64,000 nt of DNA from a virus. Position numbers and translations under genes: made by a program. A model generated the notes under the pieces. It made no database searches. It saw only the letters and a program-made list of their open reading frames with translations, and was not told the origin of the DNA. This document shows, piece by piece, positions 26,785 to 37,246 of the stretch (positions within the stretch are counted from its first letter, which is position 1; every line of letters starts with the position of its first letter). The DNA is taken from positions 18,170 to 82,169 of the IMG/VR virus record IMGVR_UViG_3300004807_000018. The stretch is one strand, 5' to 3'.

Positions 26785-27151
26785 GGCGGTTCACAAGGCA
26801 AATCTCGGGAGCAAAACCCAGAACAGAACGAAGCTCGTTACACTGCAGCCGACGAGGAACCCAATTACGAACGTGACCCAAGGGCATTTGAGGTCGAGTC
26901 GGAACATGGCATCACGGGTTCCAATCCTCTCGCGCACGAGTCGCAGCGCCGACGCCTGTTGTAATACTTGCGGCCACCCCAAACACGGATCTTCTGCTCG
27001 TGTCCGCATTCAAGTTCCTCAAGATCCGGCTCAGGCACGTTCTGGAACCTGGGGCTCACGTTGATGTGCCGCCCGTGCTCGTCTCCGATGATCGATGGGT
27101 TTTCAAGCCAGAACGAAGTGGCCGGGCAGTCAAACGGTCTCGATCCTTCCA

Positions 27152-27784
27152 CTAGCCAGATGTAGGCTGTGACTCGTCGGAGAACTTGAGCCATGAGAAA
27201 CCGAGGATCCAGCGCAAAGCCGCAACGCAAAACATGAGCACTGCCGCAAACAAGAAGCCGTCCTTCTCCATCGCGCGTCCTCGTAGGACGCTGAACACGC
27301 AGTAGGTTGCTAGGCCAGCGTAGACGTCGCCGCACAACTCGTTTGCGTCCATTCTGGATTTGCAAAATGTGCAGCCGCCTATCTCGTGCGTGCATCGCTC
27401 TCGCGGAGTGCGGACGCCCCAGATAAGCAGGATGCCGAGGATAAACGCAAAGTTGCACCAGAACGCATCCCAAAACTCGCTGGTTCTACCAACCAGGCTG
27501 AGCACAAATGCATCGAGCTTGGCCGCGACCACGGAGCACACCACAATCACGAGTGCGGTGAGCGCTTGCGCAAGGAGCGTCTTCATGGTCTGTTAGGCGC
27601 TTGGCCCCTTCCGAAACTGAACGAACGTCGGGATGAGCGTTGAGGCGAACGAGATCATTGCCGTCCAGAACTCAAGGTGCGCCGAGTCAGCTCGCGCCAC
27701 CTGGTGCAGGATCCGGCTCAGGAGCCACACCACAAGCGCGAAAGCAATGCACTTGAGCACGTAGCCAAAGAAGTGCGCGTTCAC
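27152..27784 (-). CDS. Two membrane proteins (27152..27586, 27593..27784); holin/antiholin candidates
   Basis: Multiple hydrophobic segments; lysis-region position. Confidence 0.45.
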
Positions 27785-27787
27785 TGC

Positions 27788-28000
27788 TTACTTCTGCCTT
27801 CCCTCGAGGATTCCGAGGATGCGCTCAACCTTGCCGATAAGGTCCTGAAACAGCGTCGTCGACTCCCGTTGCCCAGATTCCAACCGCTCAATGCGCTCGC
27901 CATGCGATTGCTGTTTTGCCCACATACGGACGAGCACTGCTCCACCCGAAACGGCGCAGCCTGCAAGGAAAACGCTGATGGTTTGTTCTGACTGTGTCAT
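27788..28000 (-). CDS. Holin-like single-TM plus coiled-coil protein
   Basis: N-terminal TM followed by HGERIERLE...; near the endolysin. Confidence 0.5.
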   Translation of the reverse strand: MTQSEQTISVFLAGCAVSGGAVLVRMWAKQQSHGERIERLESGQRESTTLFQDLIGKVERILGILEGRQK

Positions 28001-28213
28001 GGTTCTGGATCGCAGCAAATTTTGTCAATCGCGACTGGCGGGCGAAGAATCTGGACGGTCTCATGACCGATAAACTTTTGATTGGAGTCGAGCTCACTTT
28101 CGGCAACAATTGCGTACCGGCTAGTTCCGGGCTCGCGAAGCACCGCAAAGCCGAACCCATTGCGCTCGACTGCCGCGCGGGCCTCTCGAATCGCAACGTC
28201 CTTGTCCATGGAC

Positions 28214-28833
28214 TCACGCAGTTGGCAGCCAAAGGCCAGCCTGATTAGGATCGGAAGCAGCCGCACCGACGAGCGTGTCGACGTCGACATCGAGCCCCGC
28301 CACAGTTGTGGTCTGGCCCTGGAGAATGACTTCCTTTGCTTCGGCCTTGGATCCAGACCAGCCCATCGACTGGCTCAGCCAACCATAGTGAGCAATCCCG
28401 GCTCCGATCACCTTGTCCATCACCAGGCCAGAGCCGTAGACGGTCACGAGGTAACCCGCTGAAGACAGCTCGTTGTGAACTGCTTTGAAGTAGGCCAGGA
28501 CAGCAGGCAGATCGGACTGAGGCGCGTCGTAGTCCACCGCAAAGCCAATAGCCTTAGCTTTTGGCAGCTTGAGTGCTTGAGCGACCTTGACGGCTTCCCA
28601 GCGTGGACTTTCCCGATCGCAGCAGACATCTCAGAGGCGGTGCCAGCCACCTCCCACACCAGTCCAACCCAAACGCCAAAGCGAGCGCACTCACGGATCT
28701 CAGAGGCGGTGACCCGTTTGTTCGGAAAGCTCGCAGTGTTGGGGCTGACGTAGCGAATAATGCCGGAGACGCCGAGGCCCTTGAGCTTCGCGACCTTGCC
28801 GATGACTGAATTCGGGGTGTCAATGAGCTTCAT
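28214..28833 (-). pseudogene. Endolysin, DUF1906/GH25-like glycoside hydrolase, split by a 1-nt frameshift near 28598
   Basis: 5' half GIIRYVS...K.VTASE...VGLVWE; 3' half in the -1 frame IGFAVDYD...YF..V.....GY.VTVYGS...WLSQS.GW...VDVD. The halves join if GCT GGG AAG has one more G. Confidence 0.8.
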
Positions 28834-29187
28834 GTGAACCTCGATGCTCGATGCAAATTGGTGCTCTCGGAAACAGGCGGCTGATAGGGCGACCATGTAG
28901 GCCCGTCCGCCTGCTCCAAAGCCACGAGTAATACGCCCGTGGCACACGTCCGACTTTCTTGTTGGCGCTCAGATAGCGTGAGCGTGCCGAAACCATCCTG
29001 TTTTCCCCATGTCAGGCCACGGTTACTCACCGCACGGGGTATTCGAAACGCCCCAGGGATCGTAATGTAGGAATTGATTCTCGCGCCAGGGCTCACGTGA
29101 GATTTCCCTTCACGTTAAAAAGACCTCTTGTTTAAGAGATCCCAGACCGGAGGGTTTGCAACGTGTCTAGTGAGACGCGAGATAGCT

Positions 29188-29264
29188 TGGGAGCAGGGGC
29201 TGGATTCGAACCAGCGAATAGATGGTTATGAGCCATCCGTGATGGACCGCTACACGACCCTGCT
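29188..29264 (-). tRNA. tRNA with CAT anticodon (Met or Ile2), encoded CCA
   Basis: AGCAGGG/CCCTGCT acceptor stem; GATGG-CTCATAA-CCATC anticodon arm; GCTGG-TTCGAAT-CCAGC T arm; C-CCA end. Confidence 0.9.
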
Positions 29265-29476
29265 GCAAATCGGACGCAATATTCCCTGCAAATATGATCA
29301 CACACGCAAAGTGAAAAATCAAGGGCGTTTATAGCTTAGATATAGCTTTGCTTGCCTTTGCGCTCATTATTGCGCCCAAGTGAGCAATTTATACACCTGT
29401 CGCATTCATATAGATTGCTGCAATTGAGTGCTTCGCCACGAATATGGTGTCATTTTGATATCAATTTGATATATAG

Positions 29477-29988
29477 TTGTTTCGTGCAAAACTTCAACTA
29501 CTCCATCAAGAGGCGATCACTGTGAGCGCCTTCAACAAGTGCAAGGACTGCGGAGAAGTCGCCCCGGCTAGTGGTTGGCAGACAAACTCCAAATCGCTGT
29601 GCAAAGCTTGCGCAGCGCAGCGTGCGCCAAAAGCTGAGGCGCAATCGTTCGTGGATCCGAAGCAGGCTGCTTTCAGCGATGCCTCCATGGCGCTAGCGAT
29701 GCTGGCAGGAATGGCAATCGGACGAGGCCGACCACGAGGCTACAGGCAGTGAGCCTGGAGTCTTACGACATCGAGAACTACCCGCTCGGCTTCGTGAGCA
29801 CTCCAGGGGGCGGAGGCTACCAGAAAGTCAGCTTCCGCACGGCGATGCCCAACCCGTGGAAGTTTCACGCGGCATTCAAGCGCAGTGGTGGCGATCTCAT
29901 GCCGGTTTGGCGCAACGAGATCAGCGGGAGCTTGGCTTTCGGAGATCGTCCACCTGCGCTGAACCCTGACCAGAGGAGGACGAAATGA
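29477..29988 (+). CDS. Two small hypothetical genes (29477..29752 with CxxC pairs; 29749..29988)
   Basis: Coupled ORFs starting the rightward operon. Confidence 0.5.
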
Positions 29989-31004
29989 CATACAGCGATA
30001 TCGCTAAAGAGAAGATTGCGGAGGCCAAAACACATCTGTCTCCCACCGGCATTAGCCTTCTAGCGGGGCAGCTAGAGTCCGTGTCCGCGAAGCTTGACGA
30101 TCAGTCCGTCGCCTACGCGGGGATGCGCCCTCGTGCAGAAGGGAAAGCCAAGCTTGACGAAGTGACAAAAAGGGCAATCGAGCATGTGTGCAAGGGCATG
30201 GATGACAACTATGCCGTGGCCCTAGGGATCGCTCGCGGCATCGACTTCATGCTGGGAGGGACGGGAGAGGATTTCCTCCAGCAGATAAGGAATGAGGTCA
30301 ACGAGGACCCGGCAGATTCCGAGCCCTTGAATAAGATTCGTACGCAGTCACGCAAGAGTTTTGGATACACCATCTGCGACAACCCGAACTGGGCCGTGAT
30401 TCATACGCGAACAAAGTGGTCTGAACAATCCATGGGGGCTCGTGACAAGCCGTATGCCCGAGACTTCCACGAGCTTGCGAGTGCCCTTCAAGACATTCAC
30501 GGAGTTGTTGACGCCTACGTCAATTGGTACGACGTGCATATCGAGAAGGCTACGGCGTTTTCGTGGGACGAGATCTTTGCGGAAGCTGGCGAAATCATCG
30601 AGTGCGGCGAGAAGCAAATGTCCGGCGATCCAGTGCTGTGCTACGTACGCCATCAATGCGCGTGGTTTACAACCCAAAAGGTTTCTCGGCAATGGGGTGA
30701 CGACTGGGGCGATGCGCCATATGAGACCAACGCTGGAGAGCCCTATGCAGACGAGGCCAAAGATCGCGCGCCGATGTGGAGGCTGTTCAAGGTTCGTTTT
30801 GAAGGAAGCTTCATCGAGCCATTCGACGGGCATTCAAATAGCCCTTACAGCGTCGAAGCCATCAACGCCGGAGTCATACCTTGGCTTAGGTCAGAGTCGG
30901 TAACTCCGCAGATCTGCATCCCTGCCGGGACGCCCTTGAGCAAATTCAAGGAGCTCATCTTGGCAGGTGGCGGGCAAGTTTTTGAGGAATCCGAGGAGAA
31001 CTAG
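29985..31004 (+). CDS. Mosaic hypothetical protein
   Basis: GGAGG SD; C-terminal QWGDDW.DAPYE.NAGEPY...NSPYSVE.IN.G..PWL phage domain. Confidence 0.7.
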   Translation: MTYSDIAKEKIAEAKTHLSPTGISLLAGQLESVSAKLDDQSVAYAGMRPRAEGKAKLDEVTKRAIEHVCKGMDDNYAVALGIARGIDFMLGGTGEDFLQQIRNEVNEDPADSEPLNKIRTQSRKSFGYTICDNPNWAVIHTRTKWSEQSMGARDKPYARDFHELASALQDIHGVVDAYVNWYDVHIEKATAFSWDEIFAEAGEIIECGEKQMSGDPVLCYVRHQCAWFTTQKVSRQWGDDWGDAPYETNAGEPYADEAKDRAPMWRLFKVRFEGSFIEPFDGHSNSPYSVEAINAGVIPWLRSESVTPQICIPAGTPLSKFKELILAGGGQVFEESEEN

Positions 31005-31907
31005 ATGACAAACGCCGAACAACTTTTGCAGAGCATTGAAGAGTGGAGCCAATCCAACAACGTCGCAGCATTCTACGTGAAAGCAGAGCTAGAAAAGTTA
31101 CTCCCTCATATGCGAAAGCTCGACAAATTCGCGGGCATGAAGACACGGCTGCAGATTGAGATCCAAGTGGTACGAGGTGACTCAATCAGGGAGTTTTGCC
31201 GTGGCTGGAACGCAGCTCTGGAGTGGGTTCTTAGTGAAGAGCAGGATGTACCGCAACTCTCGGCGACTTGCGAAGATCGCGAGTCGCCTGACAAGCTCAA
31301 CCAGCAATCACAGGTCCATTGGGCCGGATATCTGAAGCAAGCCGACTTGATTGTCAAAGGGATCGGTCATCTTCCTGAACTCAACCAAATCTGCGCTTTG
31401 AAGGAAGAACTTAGGCATTTTGCCCAGACTTTGGATGACTACGCGGGGATGCAGACGCGGGCACAGGTTGAGGTATTGATGCGGGATCTTGACGACGACG
31501 ACAAAGATTACACAGAAGGGTGGAACAATGCGATTTTGGCAGTCCTGAATTATTTCAAAACACCAGAACCCGCCCCCGAACCAACCCCCGAGTTTGAGCC
31601 GTGCGATGCAGGTACGGAGCCGGTTGAGGGGTTGTACGTGAAAATCAGGAATGAGTATTGCGAACTTAGATGGATCGCTGATCTCTTGACCGCTGGAAAT
31701 TCTGAGGGTTATTGCGCATCAGCAACCACGATCAGTAATCTCCACATCCCCCTCTACCGCCGCGTTTTGCCACCTAAGCCCGTGGTGTGGGAGGAAGAAC
31801 GAACCATCGAAAGGGATGATAACGATGATTCGCTTATATACGTGCCCAGCGGCTCATTTAAGCGCGGAGAACTTGTCAAGATTCGCATTGAGAAGGTGAT
31901 CAAGTGA
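31005..31907 (+). CDS. Hypothetical protein with internal duplication
   Basis: LD.[FY]AGM.TR.Q.E...GWN.A occurs twice. Confidence 0.7.
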   Translation: MTNAEQLLQSIEEWSQSNNVAAFYVKAELEKLLPHMRKLDKFAGMKTRLQIEIQVVRGDSIREFCRGWNAALEWVLSEEQDVPQLSATCEDRESPDKLNQQSQVHWAGYLKQADLIVKGIGHLPELNQICALKEELRHFAQTLDDYAGMQTRAQVEVLMRDLDDDDKDYTEGWNNAILAVLNYFKTPEPAPEPTPEFEPCDAGTEPVEGLYVKIRNEYCELRWIADLLTAGNSEGYCASATTISNLHIPLYRRVLPPKPVVWEEERTIERDDNDDSLIYVPSGSFKRGELVKIRIEKVIK

Positions 31908-32052
31908 ACAGGACTCACGCATTAGCCGCACTCGGCATGTATTCGTCAACAAGGGCAAAGCCGCACGGACCAGACAAGAAAGGGTCAGGACGGCTCAAGA
32001 GATCCAGGCGCGCGATGGCTAAGGCTTCGCGTAAAGCGAATAGGGGGAAGCG

Positions 32053-32472
32053 ATGAACAACGACCTAACCAAACGCGCTCAGGACCTACTTGCGGTTATG
32101 GCCAATTCATACCCTGGGCCGTGGCTTGCGGTCGCAGGAGACTACGGCGAAGAGCCGGGAGACTTCGCGGACATCCTTGCTAATCCATACAAAGCGTCGT
32201 CCACCGAAGACATGCAGCCGATTGCTGAAGATGTGTCGATGCACAACGCGGTCGCCATTGTCCATGCGATGGATCACGCCCCCTTGATCATCGCGGAGCT
32301 ACTGGCCGAAGTCATAAGGCTTCAGAAGGTTGCGGATCAAATGAGAGAACTTGGGGACTTTAACTATTGCGTAGACGACGTGACTTGCGGAAACGAATGG
32401 TTTGACGGAAGTCACTACCCCGAACTGTACGCCGAGCTAACCAAGGAGGCAGACAATGCGGATCGGAGATAG
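32053..32472 (+). CDS. Ead/Ea22-like protein
   Basis: PGPW...NA..I..A...P..I.ELLAEV.RL pattern. Confidence 0.55.
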   Translation: MNNDLTKRAQDLLAVMANSYPGPWLAVAGDYGEEPGDFADILANPYKASSTEDMQPIAEDVSMHNAVAIVHAMDHAPLIIAELLAEVIRLQKVADQMRELGDFNYCVDDVTCGNEWFDGSHYPELYAELTKEADNADRR

Positions 32473-32606
32473 GGTCATTGTAATCGGTGGACACTGGGCG
32501 CACTTGCGCGGTTCCGTAGAAGGATTCATCGGGCACTACTTCATTAGCGTCACCCTTGATGCATTAAAAGAGCCGGTGCCGATCCATGTGAGCGATTTGA
32601 ATTTGA

Positions 32607-33764
32607 TTGGGGTGGAAGACAATGCCGGTTGATACGAAACAACTCAGAAAGATGGCACGAGAATCCGAGAGCATTGACTTGTTTGAAGATGCCGAAGCCT
32701 TGACCGCAGCCGCCGACGAGATCGACGCCCTGCGCGAACGAGTTGCGGAGATCCCTTCTTGGCAGGATAAGCCGACGTGCGCAGGCAAGTGGATAGGTGA
32801 GTGGACAGTAAAGGGCAGCAGTCAAAAGGGCATCGAGTGGTTTGAGATTGTAATGGTCGAAGGAGTCTCGCATTTTGTTTGCGAGTTCACCGGAGATTTT
32901 AGGCCAGTCCCGTCTGAGACGTTGGCGTCTAAATGGAAATTCTTTGGCCCGATACCTCTCCTAACTGAAGGGGTCAAGTGATGCGGATGTTTCCCGTTTT
33001 ATGTTCGTACAAAGATCACAAGCCTGGTGATCCTGGATCAATACCGTGGCCTATTGCCGAACGTGCCTACGACGAATTCAAGAAGGAGAGAGGGATTTGA
33101 GCACCGAGCATGAATCAGAAGTCCAGCCGGTCATCAGAGATCGGGTGAGAGCCGTAGGTATGCGCACCGAGCCGATCTCGGAATCGGTCTCGCACGCTGT
33201 CCGGCAGATTGACCGGATGAACGAGTTTCGAGTCTGGATGTCCGGGCTCAAGTGGTCGCTGTACGAAGAAGGCTCAGGACGCATTGTCGCACTGACGGAC
33301 GAGCAAGTGATTAACTTCCCCTTGCTCCGCAACGCCGAAGCTCGGGCAAGGTTTCTGGACGCGGTGAGCAAGTCATGAAAACCGGGCCGATCGTATGCGC
33401 CAAGGATCCCGAAGGATATGAGTGGTTCTTCATTTGGAGCCCAAGTGTCGACGCTCCTTTGACTCCAGCGATGACCGAGAAAGAGATCGAGCGCTACGTC
33501 GTTAGCAATTCTGTTGGGCCAGTGCTCAACGGTGGTCCCGCAGTCACGAGGGAGCTGGTCATTGAGGTCAAGCACCAGACAGGCAAAGCGCGAAGGTCCA
33601 TTCAGCGAGCCAGGCGCAACGGTGTGAGCATCTGCGACTACGAGAAGACCACATGGCGCGATTACGTTCGGAACAACCGAGCCGGATCAAATGAATCTTG
33701 CCTGGATCCCGACGAGCTGCTTCGAGAACTCGTTGAAGCCCGACAAGAAGGGACCACAGCATGA
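32607..33764 (+). CDS. Hypothetical genes (32607..32981, ~33097..33378, 33375..33764)
   Basis: Coupled plus-strand ORFs; no function recognised. Confidence 0.5.
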
Positions 33765-34078
33765 GACTTAGTGAGCACCACCTAGTTGTCCTCGAGGAAG
33801 AGTCCATCGAAATTGCACGCGAAGCAATGGATCTTGGCCAGCGGTGCAGCAAGGCGCTGCGCTTCGGGCTCGATGAGGTCCAGGCTGGCCATGTGCATTC
33901 CAACATCGAACGGATCGAGGTTGAGATCCGCGACCTGGTCACGATCGCTCACCGTCTAGTCCGTGCCGGCGTCCTTAGCCCAGAGTGCCTGACACCATGC
34001 GAGGCGAAGGAACAAAGGATAACCGCAGCCATGGCGTACTCGGCCGAGTGCGGCACGCTTGAGGATGTCGACGCTTGA
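33761..34078 (+). CDS. MazG-like nucleotide pyrophosphohydrolase
   Basis: LEEE..E....SKALRFGL...N.ERI..EI.DL acidic helical motif. Confidence 0.6.
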   Translation: MRLSEHHLVVLEEESIEIAREAMDLGQRCSKALRFGLDEVQAGHVHSNIERIEVEIRDLVTIAHRLVRAGVLSPECLTPCEAKEQRITAAMAYSAECGTLEDVDA

Positions 34079-34248
34079 ACACTCCCGAGTCTCGAAGCAG
34101 GATCCTCGCGTTCGAATCCTCGTGCGCAGTTCCACGCGGCGAAAAGTTCCTCAGCGATCAAGAGTTCAAAACGCATGTAGCGTCTAGGCTTTCGGAGCGG
34201 CCAACAGATACCGCGGCTAAATCCGACCGACCCGATATCTCACCTAAA

Positions 34249-34440
34249 ATGAAGCGAATTCCAATCACACTCACGGACTTTGAGCATGCACGGCTCAAGG
34301 CCATCAGCCAGGCTCAAGGCATGTCTATGAACACAATCATGCGCCTGGCTTTCGAGCAGGCCCACCCACTCCAGAAAGAAACGAAAGCGACGGGCGGAAT
34401 TGAAAGCACGATCCGGCGCGAAGAAGAGCTGGCCCATTAG
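34249..34440 (+). CDS. Ribbon-helix-helix protein
   Basis: KRIPITLTDFEHARLKAISQAQGMSMNTIMR. Confidence 0.6.
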   Translation: MKRIPITLTDFEHARLKAISQAQGMSMNTIMRLAFEQAHPLQKETKATGGIESTIRREEELAH

Positions 34441-34459
34441 TTTGGGCCGGGTCTTGGGC

Positions 34460-34846
34460 TCACCCTCTGCCGTTGATCTGGGCCATCAGCAGACGCATTG
34501 CGCCAGAATTCAGCCGCCAAATAGTGCGATCAAGCACAAAGATAAACCGGCTGCCCGCGCCTTCTATGTCGATCGGTCCGAAAAGTTTGAAGAAGTCAAA
34601 CTGGTTGAGAAAAGATCCTCGGAACTCGAATGCCCGAGTCCATTTTTCGCCGTCAATAACTTGCACACGGTAAAGCGTAAAGCTCCCCACGGTCGAAGTG
34701 CACTTCAAGTCCTTCCGCCATTCAATCTGATCGGGAATCGCAGGGAATACAAAAATGTTACGATCGGACTCTTCTGGAATCTGATTCAGGGCGTTCAGGA
34801 TATCCATCGGTGTCACCTCTCCATTTGGTTCATATTGTGGTGTCAT
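34460..34846 (-). CDS. Hypothetical protein
   Basis: ATG 34846 overlaps the upstream stop; GAGGAG SD. Confidence 0.5.
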   Translation of the reverse strand: MTPQYEPNGEVTPMDILNALNQIPEESDRNIFVFPAIPDQIEWRKDLKCTSTVGSFTLYRVQVIDGEKWTRAFEFRGSFLNQFDFFKLFGPIDIEGAGSRFIFVLDRTIWRLNSGAMRLLMAQINGRG

Positions 34847-35520
34847 TTGAGCTCCTCGGCGTTCTGCACAGATCCCGCGTCCAATCCGATCTCTTTCATT
34901 CTCTTGCGCCACCGGTACGCCTTGCTGTCATGTGGTGACCGGTGCCGAGCTCTCAGCCTTCTCCATTCACGGATGCTCGACTGCACGACTGTAAGGTCTC
35001 TTCGTGAGATCGTGCCGATCTGCTCGGCAAGGTAGTCGATCAGTGTTTGGGCGTCCGCTTCGACTATCCCTTCCCTCCCCTGGCAGGTGAAGACCTTGAA
35101 GCCTGGCTGGTCATTGACCCACTGGGCAACGAACAGTCCCTCGTAAGGCCCGGTCCAGTTGTCGGGGCGAACATCGTACTCCGGAGCGTGCTCAAAGTCG
35201 AGATCTGCGATCGCACGCTCAACCTGGATCACCACAAACGCCATCGGGTGTGGATCGTCTGCTGGCCGAAACTGGCCGCCCTTCGATCCCGAGTACCCGG
35301 GTCCAGACGATGGCATCACGGGATGCACGTTCTTCAGGCGTTCCTCTTCAATCATCATGGAAGGGGTCCTGAAGTCGGTCTCCTTCCAGCGCTTGCGCCG
35401 TTCCTGAGTCGAAAGCTTTTCGATCCTCCGAGGAGCGTCGGGCATACGGGCGTGGCGCTGCTCGGCTGCAATCACAAGCATCGACCGGGCTGCTGAAAGC
35501 AATTCCTTGCTGGGTTTCAT
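34843..35520 (-). CDS. Hypothetical protein, possible late-gene activator
   Basis: Near the end of the replication operon; basic C-terminus. Function inferred from position only. Confidence 0.4.
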   Translation of the reverse strand: MKPSKELLSAARSMLVIAAEQRHARMPDAPRRIEKLSTQERRKRWKETDFRTPSMMIEEERLKNVHPVMPSSGPGYSGSKGGQFRPADDPHPMAFVVIQVERAIADLDFEHAPEYDVRPDNWTGPYEGLFVAQWVNDQPGFKVFTCQGREGIVEADAQTLIDYLAEQIGTISRRDLTVVQSSIREWRRLRARHRSPHDSKAYRWRKRMKEIGLDAGSVQNAEELK

Positions 35521-36881
35521 GATGTGCTCCTTGCTAACGATCGGTAACGGGCAAACGACGGTTGAAATCCAAGCTTCACGGTGCCAACGGGCCCCATGCG
35601 CTGTTTGGCCAGAATCACTTCGGCTTCCTCGACCTCGTGCGGGTTCTCGGACCCACTCCTTTGCTCTTCCTTGGCTTTGTAGTAAGCATCGCGGTACAGG
35701 AACATGATCGAGTCGGCATCGTTCTCGATCGCGCCGGATTCGCGAAGGTCGGCAAGTGTTGGGCGCTTGTCGTCTCGTTGCTCCACCTGACGGTTGAGCT
35801 GCGAGAGCGCAATGACTGGCACTCCCAGTTCCCTAGCCATGCCTTTACAGGCGCTCGATATCGCCGAGACTTCGACCTGGCGGTTCTCCTGCCTGCTGCC
35901 CTTTGGTGCCTTGAGAAGTTGGAGGTAGTCCACCACGATGAGCCCCAGGCCCTTGTCGGACTGCATAGCCCGTGCTGCAGCGAGCATCTCAGGCACCGTA
36001 GTCGTCGGAGACTCCGTGATGCAGATCTGAAGCTCAGAGAGCGTCTCGCAGGCGTTCTGACAGGCGGTATAGACGTCGTCCGTGAGCCTTCCAGTCTTGA
36101 AGAACGAGAGGTTGATTCCCCCAATCATCGACACAAGTCGCCGTGTCATCTGCACCTTGGACATTTCGAGGCTGAACACGAGTACGGGCTTTTCTCTTGC
36201 GACCGTGAGCGCGATGCCTAGCGCGAAACTCGTCTTGCCCATGGCAGGCCTTGCACCGACGATCACGAGGTCACCTGCATGCATGCCGCCCATGAACTGG
36301 TCAAGATCGACAAACCCGGTATCTACGCCTCTGATCGGGATGCCAGTTTCACAAATACTGTCAAGCTGGTCGAAGAACTCAATCGCCATCTCCTTACCGG
36401 TTAAGATCTTCGGACCCAGGCTTCCAGAGCCCACAGACTTCAGGATCTTGTCTGCCTGGGCAAGGGCCTCAGATCCCAGATCGACGTCTGGGTCGTAAAC
36501 AAGCTCGACTATCTTCCTGCCAGCTTTTGCAAGACGCCGCAGTACCGCTTTTTCCTGAACGATCCGCATGTACTCAAGCGCGTTGCTTGCCGATGGGGTG
36601 TAGTTCGCTAGTTGAAGCAGATACTCAGGACCACCTACATCGGAAAGCAATTGGCGTGAAATGAGAGCATCCTCAAGCGTAATCTGGTCAAGTTCTCCGC
36701 CACGGCCAATGATCGTCCGGGCTGATTTGTAGATCTCTCGATGCGCTGGCGAGAAGAAGTCCCCCTCGTCGAGCAGCGCCGCGATGTCTTTGGCTGCACG
36801 GTCCGAGAGCAGCATCGCGCCAAGCACCGACATTTCGGCCTCAGGGCTGTGCAGTGGTCGCTTTTCGTTTTCGGTGGTCAA
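35517..36881 (-). CDS. dnaB: Replicative DNA helicase
   Basis: HSPEAEMSVLG, GARPAMGKT, FSLEMS, VDYLQL, LSQLNR, DLRESGAIENDAD; TTG start at 36881 overlaps the upstream stop. Confidence 0.97.
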   Translation of the reverse strand: MTTENEKRPLHSPEAEMSVLGAMLLSDRAAKDIAALLDEGDFFSPAHREIYKSARTIIGRGGELDQITLEDALISRQLLSDVGGPEYLLQLANYTPSASNALEYMRIVQEKAVLRRLAKAGRKIVELVYDPDVDLGSEALAQADKILKSVGSGSLGPKILTGKEMAIEFFDQLDSICETGIPIRGVDTGFVDLDQFMGGMHAGDLVIVGARPAMGKTSFALGIALTVAREKPVLVFSLEMSKVQMTRRLVSMIGGINLSFFKTGRLTDDVYTACQNACETLSELQICITESPTTTVPEMLAAARAMQSDKGLGLIVVDYLQLLKAPKGSRQENRQVEVSAISSACKGMARELGVPVIALSQLNRQVEQRDDKRPTLADLRESGAIENDADSIMFLYRDAYYKAKEEQRSGSENPHEVEEAEVILAKQRMGPVGTVKLGFQPSFARYRSLARSTS

Positions 36882-37246
36882 GATCTCTCTCCAGATTTGG
36901 CCCGTATTTGCGCCAGGATCGCCGTAGAGACGCCTGAAGGCGCTTCCTGCGGTTCTGAGACGGACCCCATGGGCAAACAATCGCTTTCGCTGTAGGTTTT
37001 TGGCGGTCTGCTGCGGATGATGCTCGCGGCCAGCTCGTGGGGGAACGGGGTGTCGGGACCGAACTCGCCGCACAGCCAACGGTCCACGATCGGCCTGATT
37101 TCGTGCTGCTGGACGCCCTTCAGGCTCAACACCCGGACGTACACGCCGGTCTGTCCCTCGGGCTTACGTCCGTAGGTGTTCAGCCCCGCAAAAAGGTCTT
37201 TCACGGCTGCCGTAACCGCCTCGATGAACTCAATTCCAGGTTCCAT
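36878..37246 (-). CDS. Putative helicase loader/inhibitor
   Basis: Small gene between initiator and DnaB; FP.E motif. Assignment by position. Confidence 0.45.
   Translation of the reverse strand: MEPGIEFIEAVTAAVKDLFAGLNTYGRKPEGQTGVYVRVLSLKGVQQHEIRPIVDRWLCGEFGPDTPFPHELAASIIRSRPPKTYSESDCLPMGSVSEPQEAPSGVSTAILAQIRAKSGERS

Noticed and set aside
28590-28616. Programmed frameshift in the endolysin via GGGAAAG
   Set aside because: The heptamer is read GGG AAA G, not in the X XXY YYZ phase; an indel is the simpler explanation.
35517-36881. Host assignment from the DnaB sequence (vague resemblance to Armatimonadota proteins)
   Set aside because: An impression only; it cannot be supported without a database search.
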